Shown here piece by piece: positions 47,179-57,003 of a DNA stretch of 64,000 bases. The stretch is from positions 4,000,001 to 4,064,000 of the forward strand of contig OZ242351.1 of the NCBI GenBank assembly GCA_965208675.1, written 5' to 3'. How positions within the stretch are numbered: position 1 is the stretch's first letter; every line of letters starts with the position of its first letter. The notes beneath the pieces are model-generated. The model did not search any database and had not been told where the DNA came from. It saw nothing but the letters and a program-made list of their open reading frames with translations. This stretch comes from Candidatus Poribacteria bacterium (GTDB lineage Bacteria; Poribacteria; WGA-4E; PCPOR2b). The position numbers and the translations under genes were made by a program.

Positions 47179-48138
47179 ATGGCGTGTTATTTGGTCACGG
47201 GCGGTTGTGGCTTCATCGCCTCTCATCTGGTTGAGGCATTGGTAAAACGAAATGAACAAGTTCGTGTATTCGATAACTGTACAACCGGCGCAACCGATAA
47301 CATAGAGGCGGTAAAGAATCAGATTGAGTTTATCAATGGAGATTTGAGGGATTGCGAAGCCGTACGTAAGGCTGTTGACGGAGTCGATTATATTATGCAC
47401 CAAGGGGCATTGCCCTCCGTTGCGAGATCTGTCGCAAACCCTATCCGCAGCAACGATGTGAACATCGGTGGAACATTGAATATCCTTGTTGCTGCGAGGG
47501 ATGCAGGTGTGAAGCGTGTTGTTTATGCAGGATCCTCATCTTCTTATGGAAATATAACTGTACTTCCCCGATCTGAAAACCTTCCGTCCCAACCAGCTTC
47601 ACCATATGCGCTCTCCAAATACGTTGGAGAGTGTTATTGCCGAATCTTTACCGAAATTTACGGTCTTGAAACTGTTGCATTGAGATATTTCAATATCTTT
47701 GGTCCCCGCCAAAATCCAAACTCCCCATATTCTGCTGTCATTCCTCGCTTTATCAGTGCCGGTTTAAACGGCAATCCCCCAACGATTGATGGAGACGGAG
47801 AACAATCGAGAGATTTTACTTATGTTGCAAATGCCGTTCATGCAAATCTCCTCGCTTGTCACGCTGAAGCCGCAGTTGGTACCGTCATTAACATCGGGTG
47901 CGGAGAGCAAACATCAATCAACCGGCTTGCCGCGCTCATCGGTGAGTTGATGGAGCTTGAAATCCAACCCGTATATGCACCGCCGCGGGTTGGCGATGTT
48001 CGGCATTCGCGCGCGGACATCAGCAAAGCCCAGCGGCTGCTGGGCTATCAACCGTGCGTCAGTATTAAAGCCGGATTGCAAAAAACTATTGATTGGTTTC
48101 GGCGCAAAACTCTCGCTTCAAACTTAACGGCTGGATAA
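47179..48138 (+). CDS. NAD-dependent nucleotide-sugar epimerase/dehydratase (SDR)
   Basis: TGGCGFIASH, SPYALSK, RYFNIFGPRQ, RDFTYV. Confidence 0.93.
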   Translation: MACYLVTGGCGFIASHLVEALVKRNEQVRVFDNCTTGATDNIEAVKNQIEFINGDLRDCEAVRKAVDGVDYIMHQGALPSVARSVANPIRSNDVNIGGTLNILVAARDAGVKRVVYAGSSSSYGNITVLPRSENLPSQPASPYALSKYVGECYCRIFTEIYGLETVALRYFNIFGPRQNPNSPYSAVIPRFISAGLNGNPPTIDGDGEQSRDFTYVANAVHANLLACHAEAAVGTVINIGCGEQTSINRLAALIGELMELEIQPVYAPPRVGDVRHSRADISKAQRLLGYQPCVSIKAGLQKTIDWFRRKTLASNLTAG

Positions 48139-48296
48139 GTCGTCTATAGCAAGCATGGTGCGTTCTTGGCATAAAGTGCCGTCCACGCTTTTTTAAGGTA
48201 TTTACCATAAAAAACTTGAAAAAATACGCCTGCCTGTGTTATCATACCTGCGCAATCTAAAACAAACGATGTTTTCTTGAAATCGCCGTTTTTATA

Positions 48297-49295
48297 ATGA
48301 TGAATACCCAGTTAATTGACCGTTTCGATAGAATTCATACTAACCTACGCATTTCCGTGACAGATAAGTGTAACTTGCGCTGCATCTACTGTATGCCAGA
48401 AGACATGAAGTTCATGGAAGATGAAGGCATTATGAGTTTTGATGAAATTGTCTACTTGACCCGTCTTTTCGTTGAACTAGGAGTTAATAAAATTCGGATT
48501 ACAGGCGGTGAACCGCTAGTCCGTCCTGGGGTGCCATTACTCATTAGGCAACTGAAGAAAATTGAAGGCATAAAGGATGTTAGCTTGACAACCAATGGCA
48601 TCGGTTTAGCCAAGCAAGCAAAGGAGTTATTTGATGCCGGATTGCGCCGTATCAACGTCAGCCTTGATACACTGAACGAAGAGAAATTTGAGCAAATGAC
48701 GCGGCGCAAAATGCTTGCAAAGACGCTTGAGGGACTCAAAGAAGCGCAGCGTTGCGGATTCAATCCCATAAAAGTGAATGCTGTTGCAATGCGGGGATTT
48801 ACCGATGACGAAATTGTTGACCTCGCTAAATTTGCTCGTGAAAATACCTATCAACTACGGTTTATTGAATTTATGCCTTTAGATGCAGACGACATTTGGG
48901 GGCGGAACAAGTTTATTCCGGGCAAAACGCTAATTAGTAAAATTAATGAAATCTATCCACTAACACCTGTTAACACTAATGGAGATGGGAAACATGAGCC
49001 GGCGGCGCGCTATCGTTTTGTAGATGGTGGCGGCGAAATCGGGGTCATCGCTTCGGTAAGCGAACCATTTTGTGACCAGTGTAATCGCATCCGTCTCACC
49101 GCCGACGGAAAATTCCGTGCCTGCCTCTTTTCGCTTACAGAAACCGATCTGTTGACGCCGTTGCGCGCAGGATTGCCCAAGAAGAAACTCGCGAATCTCA
49201 TTGTTGACGCCGTAAAACAGAAGGAAGCAGGACATAAAATCAATTCAGCAGACTTTGTAAAACCTTCGCGCAATATGTCCATGATTGGTGGGTAG
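48297..49295 (+). CDS. moaA: GTP 3',8-cyclase (molybdenum cofactor biosynthesis)
   Basis: LRISVTDKCNLRCIYCM, TGGEP, FCDQCNRIR...C, C-terminal MSMIGG. Confidence 0.96.
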   Translation: MMNTQLIDRFDRIHTNLRISVTDKCNLRCIYCMPEDMKFMEDEGIMSFDEIVYLTRLFVELGVNKIRITGGEPLVRPGVPLLIRQLKKIEGIKDVSLTTNGIGLAKQAKELFDAGLRRINVSLDTLNEEKFEQMTRRKMLAKTLEGLKEAQRCGFNPIKVNAVAMRGFTDDEIVDLAKFARENTYQLRFIEFMPLDADDIWGRNKFIPGKTLISKINEIYPLTPVNTNGDGKHEPAARYRFVDGGGEIGVIASVSEPFCDQCNRIRLTADGKFRACLFSLTETDLLTPLRAGLPKKKLANLIVDAVKQKEAGHKINSADFVKPSRNMSMIGG

Positions 49296-49412
49296 CGGCA
49301 GCACGAAAGGAACCATGTTATTAAACGCTCGGTTTCAATAATGGTGTGCTGTGACCTGGTCTTGCTTTTCACAAGCCTCTAGCCACTGATTTAAGGAGTT
49401 TAACGAACGATA

Positions 49413-50198
49413 ATGAGCAACAATTTAGTCATTGAAAATTTGCACATCAGCGTGGAAGGTCAACCCATTATCAAGGGTCTAAATTTGGCGGTCAAACAGG
49501 GAGAGATTCACGCACTTATGGGACCGAATGGTTCCGGCAAAAGTACGCTTGCAAACGCACTCATGGGGCATCCATTCTACGAAGTAGATTCCGGTGAAGT
49601 CACTTTTGATGGTGAAGACATTCTCGGCTTGGAACCGAATGAACGCGCAAGGCTTGGTCTTTTTTTGGCATTTCAATATCCGACCGCGGTGCCCGGTGTG
49701 AGTATGGCGAATTTCCTCCGCATGGCCGTCAGCGCGGTGCGAGCTGAAAATTCAAACGGCGGCGAAACGACAGAACTCATTCCAATGCGCGAATTTCGGC
49801 GGGAATTGCGCGATAAAATGAAACGGCTCGGCATAGATGAATCGTTCGCCCGCCGCTATCTCAACGACGGGTTTTCAGGCGGTGAGAAGAAACGAGCTGA
49901 GGTTTTGCAACTGGCAATGCTTGAACCAAAGATTGCAATTCTTGACGAGACGGATTCTGGATTAGATATTGACGCCGTGCGTATCGTTGGTGAAAGCGTA
50001 AGCCAATTGATCGGATCAGAGTTAGGCGTCTTAATCATTACCCACTATCCGCGTCTCCTCAACTATATCCGTCCGGAATTCGTACATATTCTTCTGGACG
50101 GCAAAATTGTGGAATCAGGCGGATGGGAACTCGCCCAACTTTTGGAAGATGAAGGATACGACCCAATACGTGAGAAATACGGAATCGCACCGCAATAA
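49413..50198 (+). CDS. sufC: Fe-S cluster assembly ATPase
   Basis: GPNGSGKST, FLAFQYP, GFSGGEKKR, LDETDSGLDID. Confidence 0.97.
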   Translation: MSNNLVIENLHISVEGQPIIKGLNLAVKQGEIHALMGPNGSGKSTLANALMGHPFYEVDSGEVTFDGEDILGLEPNERARLGLFLAFQYPTAVPGVSMANFLRMAVSAVRAENSNGGETTELIPMREFRRELRDKMKRLGIDESFARRYLNDGFSGGEKKRAEVLQLAMLEPKIAILDETDSGLDIDAVRIVGESVSQLIGSELGVLIITHYPRLLNYIRPEFVHILLDGKIVESGGWELAQLLEDEGYDPIREKYGIAPQ

Positions 50199-50228
50199 TC
50201 CATAACCAGTAATATGTAACAAATTTAA

Positions 50229-50277
50229 TTACGCTTTACTCATTACTCATTACTCATTACGCCTTACTCCTTACCCC
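50229..50277. repeat. Seven tandem heptamers TTAC(N)C(N)
   Basis: TTACGCT TTACTCA TTACTCA TTACTCA TTACGCC TTACTCC TTACCCC, just before the sufB RBS. Confidence 0.85.
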
Positions 50278-50293
50278 AACGAAAGGACAAAAC

Positions 50294-51712
50294 ATGGCAG
50301 CACCCAATACGCAAATTCAAGAAAATCTTAACGTGGACAGCGAATATAAGTACGGGTTTCATGATGACATTAAACCCGTCTTCAAATCTCGCAAGGGCAT
50401 AGATGCTGAAATCATAAACCAGATGTGCGATGTCAAAGATGAACCTGACTGGATGCGCCAATATCGGCTGAATGCTTATGAAATCTTTAAACAAAAGCCG
50501 ATGATTAAGTGGGGCGGCGATCTCTCTCAACTCGACTTCGATGACATATACTATTACGTCAAAGCTTCTGATCGCAGTGAACGCAGTTGGGATGACGTTC
50601 CCGATGACATCAAGAAAACCTTTGATCGGCTCGGTATCCCCGAAGCTGAGCGGAAGTTCCTCGCCGGCGTCGGTGCGCAATATGACTCGGAAGTTGTCTA
50701 TCACAACATTGAGGAAGAACTGGATAAGATTGGTGTGGTCTTTGTCGATACTGACACGGCCGTTCGCGAATATCCCGATCTTGTTAAAGAATATTTCGGG
50801 ACTGTTATCCCGTCAGCGGATAACCAGTTTGCCGCACTTAACAGCGCTGTCTGGAGTGGCGGCAGCTTCATCTATGTTCCGCCCGGTGTGAAGGTCGATT
50901 ATCCACTGCAAGCATATTTCCGAATCAACACCGAAAACATGGGGCAGTTTGAACGAACGCTGATTATTGCAGACGAAGGTGCTCAAGTTCACTACGTAGA
51001 AGGTTGCACAGCCCCCACATACTCCAGCGAGTCGCTGCACAGCGCCGTTGTCGAGATTATCTGCAAGAAAGGGTCGCGTGTCCGCTACACCACAATCCAG
51101 AACTGGGCAAATAACGTGTATAACCTTGTTACTAAGCGAGCTGTCGCATACGAAGACGCCCACATGGAATGGATCGATGGAAACTTAGGTTCCAAGCTGA
51201 CAATGAAGTACCCTAGCGTTTATATGAAGGGCAAAGGCGCGCATGGCGAGATTCTCTCAATCGCTTTTGCGAGCAAGGGGCAGCATCAGGATGCAGGGGG
51301 GAAAGTCATTCATTGCGCGCCTAACACGACTTCGCGCATCACCTCTAAATCGATAAGCAAGGACGGTGGGCGTTCTAGCTATCGCGGCGAACTCAAAGTC
51401 CTTAAGGGCGCAAGCCAGTGTAAATCTAACGTTGTTTGCGATGCCCTCATCCTTGATGAGGAGTCTCAATCTGACACCTATCCGGTCATCGAAATTGGCG
51501 AAAATGATGTGAGTATTGGACATGAAGCGCGAGTCAGCAAGATTGGAGAGGAGCAGTTATTCTATCTCATGAGCCGCGGACTTTCCGAAGAGGAGGCCTC
51601 GACGATGATTGTAAATGGGTTTATCGAACCGCTCGTTAAGGAACTTCCGATGGAATATGCGGTGGAGATGAACCGGCTAATCCAACTTCAGATGGAAGGG
51701 TCGGTTGGATAG
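50294..51712 (+). CDS. sufB: Fe-S cluster assembly protein
   Basis: [44 protein letters not shown]. Confidence 0.98.
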   Translation: MAAPNTQIQENLNVDSEYKYGFHDDIKPVFKSRKGIDAEIINQMCDVKDEPDWMRQYRLNAYEIFKQKPMIKWGGDLSQLDFDDIYYYVKASDRSERSWDDVPDDIKKTFDRLGIPEAERKFLAGVGAQYDSEVVYHNIEEELDKIGVVFVDTDTAVREYPDLVKEYFGTVIPSADNQFAALNSAVWSGGSFIYVPPGVKVDYPLQAYFRINTENMGQFERTLIIADEGAQVHYVEGCTAPTYSSESLHSAVVEIICKKGSRVRYTTIQNWANNVYNLVTKRAVAYEDAHMEWIDGNLGSKLTMKYPSVYMKGKGAHGEILSIAFASKGQHQDAGGKVIHCAPNTTSRITSKSISKDGGRSSYRGELKVLKGASQCKSNVVCDALILDEESQSDTYPVIEIGENDVSIGHEARVSKIGEEQLFYLMSRGLSEEEASTMIVNGFIEPLVKELPMEYAVEMNRLIQLQMEGSVG

Positions 51713-51767
51713 AAGCAGTCTAAAACAATTACGGGTAACTGGCCGCCGCTTTAAATAGGAGACGGAA

Positions 51768-53177
51768 TTGGAGGCGGAGTTTATCAAAAATCCCTCTCGT
51801 GCTTATGAAGTTCACAAGGGGGATTTCTCACGGGAATTTGTCGAAAAAATATCCAGCGAGCAGGACGAACCGCAATGGATGCGTGCGCGTCGATTGGATG
51901 CTTATAAACGCTACCAAAGCCTGCCGATGCCTCATACTACCTCCGATGATGTGTGGCGCCGGACAGCAGGTATGAGCACCCAAGATTATTGGCGTCGAAC
52001 AGCGAGAAATATGCGGGCGTTGAAGTTAGAGGCGTATCAACCCGTTTCACTCGCCCCTAACGGGAAATTGATGCCATCGGACCCCGTTTTGCCCAACACC
52101 CGCGCCGCGCAGGTTAAATCGAACGGGGCATCAGGAGTAATAGCCTTACAAGATGGCCGCGTTGTAGAACACGCGCTATCGGAAGAACTCGTACGCAAAG
52201 AGGTGTACTTTGCGGACATTAATACCGCGTTGCAGGAACGTCCGGATTTCGTCCGCTCATATTTCATGACCAAAGCCGTGACGGTAGACTGGAATAGCTT
52301 CGATGCGCTGCACGGAGCATTCTGGCAAGGCGGATTTCTGCTGCATGTTCCCAAGGACGTTGTCGTCGAAATTCCGATGCGTGTTTTTATCACGTTGGCT
52401 GAGGCGCATCGTGCGGATCTCGCGCATTCAATTATTGTCGCTGACGATTCAAGTCAGATTACAATTGTGGAGGAGCAGCTATCAGCTGACGCTGCAACGC
52501 CCGGATTGCATTGCGGGGCAGTTGAAATTTTTGTCGGACGAAACGCACAAGTGAATTACGCACAGGTACAGCGCTGGAATCACCAAGTTTGGAACTTTTC
52601 AAGTCAACGCGCAATTGTCGATAGAGATGCTGAATTGCGTTGGATTACAGGTGCTTTAGGCAGCCGCCTAAGCAAATTGAACCAAGTTTCCGTGCTTGAG
52701 GGTGCCGGTTGTCGTGTTGATATGCTCGGACTCACGTTCACCCATGCTCGCCAACACATTGATATTCATACATATCAAGAGCATAAAGCCCCCCATACTA
52801 CCAGCGACTTGCTCTACAAATCTGTGCTCAAGAATCAATCGCAAACAGTATGGAGCGGTATGATTTACGTACACCCGGAAGGGCAGCATACTGATGCGTA
52901 TCAAAAGAATGATAATTTGGTATTGAACAAACGCGCCCATGCGGACACGATTCCCGGCTTAGAGATTAAGGCTAACGAGGTGCGTTGCACCCACGGTGCA
53001 ACAGCTGGCTCCATTGATAGAGAACAGGTGTTCTACCTCATGAGCCGAGGGTTATCGTATGATCAGGCTGAAAAGATGATTGTCGCTGGCTTTTTTGAGC
53101 CGGCAATCGGAAGAATCCCGTTGGAATCTGTCCGTAAGCAATTGCAGCAATCTGTGACGGACAAGCTCGCAGTTTAG
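51768..53177 (+). CDS. sufD: Fe-S cluster assembly protein
   Basis: PGLEIKANEVRCTHGAT, FYLMSRG, synteny. Confidence 0.93.
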   Translation: MEAEFIKNPSRAYEVHKGDFSREFVEKISSEQDEPQWMRARRLDAYKRYQSLPMPHTTSDDVWRRTAGMSTQDYWRRTARNMRALKLEAYQPVSLAPNGKLMPSDPVLPNTRAAQVKSNGASGVIALQDGRVVEHALSEELVRKEVYFADINTALQERPDFVRSYFMTKAVTVDWNSFDALHGAFWQGGFLLHVPKDVVVEIPMRVFITLAEAHRADLAHSIIVADDSSQITIVEEQLSADAATPGLHCGAVEIFVGRNAQVNYAQVQRWNHQVWNFSSQRAIVDRDAELRWITGALGSRLSKLNQVSVLEGAGCRVDMLGLTFTHARQHIDIHTYQEHKAPHTTSDLLYKSVLKNQSQTVWSGMIYVHPEGQHTDAYQKNDNLVLNKRAHADTIPGLEIKANEVRCTHGATAGSIDREQVFYLMSRGLSYDQAEKMIVAGFFEPAIGRIPLESVRKQLQQSVTDKLAV

Positions 53178-53251
53178 AGATTAGGCATTGGGTATTTGAC
53201 CCGCCGCCAAATACAATTAGCTAATTTTCAATAAAGAAAGGAAACAAAAAA

Positions 53252-53632
53252 ATGAGTCAACCGAAGATAACCGCCTATATGAAACCCGTCTGTGGTTGGA
53301 GCAATGGCGTTCGTGCGATTTTCCAGAAATACGGTTTAGAGTACGAAGACAGAGACATCATCAACAACGCTGACAACTATAGAGAAATGGTGGAGAAGAG
53401 CGGGCAGCCTCTACAGCCAACGATTGAGATTGATGGTGCCATCATCGCCGATGTGAGCGGCGATGAAGTCGAAGCATATCTCCTTGAAAATGGATTTGTA
53501 CAGCCGAGCGATGATGACGTCGGTGTGCCAACGGATCAAGCGTGCGCTGATCACGGTGACGTCACGGTAAACATCGATCAGCCGCAAAGTAGATTGTCAA
53601 AGTGGGCAAGCAACTTTCTGTCAAAGTCCTGA
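53252..53632 (+). CDS. Monothiol glutaredoxin-like protein (CGWS)
   Basis: YMKPVCGWS, SGQPLQPTIEIDG thioredoxin-fold motifs. Confidence 0.8.
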   Translation: MSQPKITAYMKPVCGWSNGVRAIFQKYGLEYEDRDIINNADNYREMVEKSGQPLQPTIEIDGAIIADVSGDEVEAYLLENGFVQPSDDDVGVPTDQACADHGDVTVNIDQPQSRLSKWASNFLSKS

Positions 53633-53646
53633 TGTCTGCACCTATC

Positions 53647-53811
53647 GTAGGGAGGGCATCTTCCCCGCGGTAGAACGACACTTATCGTAAGCGGGGCATC
53701 TTGCCCCGCGGATTGTAGTTGTGCGATTGATAGGGCGTCGTTGGGCATGCGCGGACGCTGCACAATAGTTGATACTTGTAGGTTGGGTTATGACTGCTCG
53801 CAAAACCCGAC
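53647..53811. repeat. REP cluster within the SUF operon
   Basis: GTAGGGAGGGCATCTTCCCCGC (53647) and GTAAGCGGGGCATCTTGCCCCGC (53687), the same family as 2235 and 5925. Short-loop GTAGGTTGGGTT..AAACCCGAC at 53778. Confidence 0.75.
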
Positions 53812-54139
53812 TTTTTTCTTAATCACGGGGAATGTCCCAAAAACGAAATGCCCGATTTTAGGGCACAAAAGGGCACTTTCAGACACACTCCGGCCGACTC
53901 GTTGCGAAAAACACCAAACACGCCGCGGACCTAGTGTTTGACGTGATTCTGAAGCCATAGGAGATTCTGAAATTAAGCGAAATCTTGTCGCCGGGAAAAA
54001 GTGTCCCCAAAAATTTAGTCGCTCGGTGGGGACACGTTTGGGAACTGCGAAAAGCGATGTACTTAGGTTAGGTTGGAATGTGCGTAATCCATATACACAA
54101 TCGGGCAACCGCAATCGGTTATCGTAATTGGAGGTGTGC

Positions 54140-55387
54140 ATGAATGGTGCGTTTCGTCCGCTGGATGTGGAAGCTATCCGCGGCGACTTCCCCATTCTAA
54201 AACAAGAAATCGATCCGCCGTTAATTTATCTGGATAGTGCTGCTTCTTCTCAGAAGCCGAATCGTGTTATTGAGGTATTGAGTGATTATTATCGCACCTA
54301 TAACGCAAATATCCATCGTGGCATCTATCGAATTTCTGAGAAAGCCACCGAACAGTACGAAGAGGCGCGGAAGAAGATTGCTCGTTTTATTAACTCACCG
54401 CGCGCTTGCCAGATTATCTTTACACGGAACACAACGGAATCGATAAATCTTGTCGCCAATAGCTGGGGAAACGCGAACCTGCGGGCCGGGGATGAAATTC
54501 TTGTCTCTGTAATGGAACATCATAGCAACCTGGTTCCATGGCAACTGCTCGCTCAACGGACAGGAGCTAGGCTTCAGTACATTGATGTTACCGATGACGG
54601 GTTTTTGCATTTAGAGGAATTGGATCGGTTGTTGACCGAACGCACCAAACTTGTTGCGGTAACTCACGTGTCTAATGTTCTCGGCACGGTCAATCCTGTT
54701 CAATCAATCACTGCCGCGGCACATGCAGTTGGTGCAAAAGTCATCATTGATGCAGCTCAAAGCGTTCCGCATTTGCCAGTTGATGTGCAAGCTATCGATT
54801 GCGATTTCTTCGCTTTCTCAGGGCATAAAATGTGCGGCCCCACCGGAATTGGTGTACTCTTTGGAAAATTGGACCTGCTAGAAGAGATGCCGCCGTTTTT
54901 GGGCGGCGGTTCGATGATTCGCACCGTCCAACGTGAACACTCAACTTACGCTGATTTGCCTCAAAAATTTGAAGCGGGCACACCGAGCATTGCTCAAACA
55001 ATTGGACTTGGCGCCGCCGTAGACTATCTCAACGACGTTGGACTTGATGCAATACACCCGCACGAGCAAGAACTTCTTGAGTATGCACACCAGAAATTGA
55101 GCGAAATTGAGGGAATAACAATCTATGGCCCTAAACCGCGGCATAAAGCTGGTGCGGTCACCTTTAATTTAGATCGCATCCATGCACACGATGTAGCCGG
55201 TATATTAGATCAGGACGGAGTTGCAATTCGAGCCGGCCATCACTGTACTCAACCCCTAATGCAAAAATTCGGTGTCATCGCAACCGCTCGCGCGAGTTTT
55301 TATCTCTACAATAAACTTGAGGAGGTTGATAGCCTCTATGAAGGACTTCTAAAAGCGCAAAAGATACTGATACGGAGACGAGGATGA
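54140..55387 (+). CDS. sufS: Cysteine desulfurase
   Basis: YLDSAASSQKP, EHHSN, SGHKMCGPTG, FEAGTP, RAGHHC. Confidence 0.97.
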   Translation: MNGAFRPLDVEAIRGDFPILKQEIDPPLIYLDSAASSQKPNRVIEVLSDYYRTYNANIHRGIYRISEKATEQYEEARKKIARFINSPRACQIIFTRNTTESINLVANSWGNANLRAGDEILVSVMEHHSNLVPWQLLAQRTGARLQYIDVTDDGFLHLEELDRLLTERTKLVAVTHVSNVLGTVNPVQSITAAAHAVGAKVIIDAAQSVPHLPVDVQAIDCDFFAFSGHKMCGPTGIGVLFGKLDLLEEMPPFLGGGSMIRTVQREHSTYADLPQKFEAGTPSIAQTIGLGAAVDYLNDVGLDAIHPHEQELLEYAHQKLSEIEGITIYGPKPRHKAGAVTFNLDRIHAHDVAGILDQDGVAIRAGHHCTQPLMQKFGVIATARASFYLYNKLEEVDSLYEGLLKAQKILIRRRG

Positions 55388-55776
55388 ATATCTACGAAGA
55401 AGATATTCTGGATCACTACGAGAATCCAAGCAACTACGGAACTCTTGAGAATCCCGATATCTCTTACGAAGAAGACAACCCGTTATGCGGGGACAGGATT
55501 CAGATGGATTTGACCGTCAAAGACGGTGTTATCGTGGATGTTGGATGGCGGGGGCATGGTTGTACGATTAGCCAGGCGGCAGCTTCGATGCTAACCGAAC
55601 GAATCAAAGGACAATGTTTGGAAGACATAAAAAAGTTGAACAAAGACGACCAATTGGATATGCTTGGCATTCCTCTAGGGCCCGTCCGCCTCAAATGTGG
55701 ACTGTTAGCGTTGAAGGTGCTAAAAGCAGGCGCTTATGGGCTGAAAGGATGGCCGGGAGAGGAGGACGAGACGTAG
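55384..55776 (+). CDS. sufU: SUF-system NifU-like scaffold/sulfur transfer protein
   Basis: ILDHY.NP.N.G, NPLCGD, GCTISQAAAS, RLKC. Confidence 0.9.
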   Translation: MNIYEEDILDHYENPSNYGTLENPDISYEEDNPLCGDRIQMDLTVKDGVIVDVGWRGHGCTISQAAASMLTERIKGQCLEDIKKLNKDDQLDMLGIPLGPVRLKCGLLALKVLKAGAYGLKGWPGEEDET

Positions 55777-55791
55777 GGAGGACATGGGTTA

Positions 55792-56103
55792 ATGAACCAG
55801 TATTTAAAGGTGGCCGAGGTCAGTGAACTGCCGCTAGGTGGAAAGAAGTTAGTTGAAGTAGATGGCCTTCCAGTGGCGATTTTCAATGTGGATGGTGATT
55901 TTTATGCTATTGAGGACGTTTGTACCCACGATGGAGGTCCGCTCGCCGAGGGTGAGTTGAAAGGCGATGAGGTGGAATGTCCTAGGCACGGGGCGCGTTT
56001 TAGCGTTCGGACGGGAGAAGCCCTCTGTATGCCGGCCGTTGAACCAATAGAATGTTATAAAGTCAAAATTGAAGGAGACAATATCCTTGTGTGCGTCGAT
56101 TAA
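55792..56103 (+). CDS. Rieske-type ferredoxin
   Basis: CTH...CPRHG Rieske motifs. Confidence 0.93.
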   Translation: MNQYLKVAEVSELPLGGKKLVEVDGLPVAIFNVDGDFYAIEDVCTHDGGPLAEGELKGDEVECPRHGARFSVRTGEALCMPAVEPIECYKVKIEGDNILVCVD

Positions 56104-56199
56104 AAAGACGGTGACCAGTGACTTGTTGATGATGTCCCGTTTTTCACGGACCGCTTGGCACTGCTTTTTGCTCTCCACTGCCTTCGAAAGGAGATTCTG

Positions 56200-56499
56200 A
56201 TGGTCACAGAAGAAACGGTTTTTGACACCTTAAAGGAAATCATTGACCCAGAAATTGGCATAAACATTGTGGATATGGGCTTAATTTACGGTGTTGACAT
56301 CCAAGACAATACTGCTAACATCACCATGACCTTAACAAGCCCCGGTTGTCCGGCCGGTGGTCAAATAATCAATGGCGCACAGCATCTTGTTGAGCAGCTT
56401 GATGGGATTGACGATACCAACATCAACGTCGTTTGGACTCCTCGCTGGACACCTGAGATGATGAGCGAAGAAGCGAAAGATGAGTTAGGGATTTTTTAG
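56200..56499 (+). CDS. DUF59/SufT-like metal-sulfur cluster biosynthesis protein
   Basis: DPEIGINIVDMGLIY, TLTSPGCP, WTPEMMS. Confidence 0.92.
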   Translation: MVTEETVFDTLKEIIDPEIGINIVDMGLIYGVDIQDNTANITMTLTSPGCPAGGQIINGAQHLVEQLDGIDDTNINVVWTPRWTPEMMSEEAKDELGIF

Positions 56500-56570
56500 G
56501 ACCAAGCGAACAAACAGGGAGGATCGACTTAGCGGATAGCGAAGCGGCAGTCTTAAGAGGTTAAACCGTA

Positions 56571-56957
56571 ATGTGTAATTCCCGTTCATCTGCCGAACAA
56601 AAGCAACCCAAAACTCTTAGAAAAGTCAGTGATACAACTTTCCTGATCGTTTGGAAAGATGGACACGAAAGCAAATATCCCATCCTTTATCTCAGGCGTT
56701 TATGCCCTTGTGCGGGTTGCGCAATGAAACGGCATGGCGGGCAAGACGTTCACTCCATATTTGGTCCAAGCGGATTCGGCGATACTTCTCGGCTTGTCGT
56801 ACCACATGATATTCGTGCAGTCGACATTCAGCTAGTTGGTCGGTACGCAATCCAGTTTGCGTGGAGCGACGGTCATTCGACCGGCATTTATTCCTTTGAG
56901 ACCCTGCGAGAAATATGTCCGTGTGCAAAATGTGCTGCATTATGGAATACCGAATGA
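56571..56957 (+). CDS. DUF971 (GBBH-like N-terminal) protein
   Basis: WKDGHES.Y..LYLRRLCPCAGC, VGRYAIQFAWSDGHSTGIYSF..LR. Confidence 0.9.
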   Translation: MCNSRSSAEQKQPKTLRKVSDTTFLIVWKDGHESKYPILYLRRLCPCAGCAMKRHGGQDVHSIFGPSGFGDTSRLVVPHDIRAVDIQLVGRYAIQFAWSDGHSTGIYSFETLREICPCAKCAALWNTE

Positions 56958-57003
56958 AACCTCCCGATAATCAACCAAATTTCAGGCTGGCTATAGGATA
57001 GGA

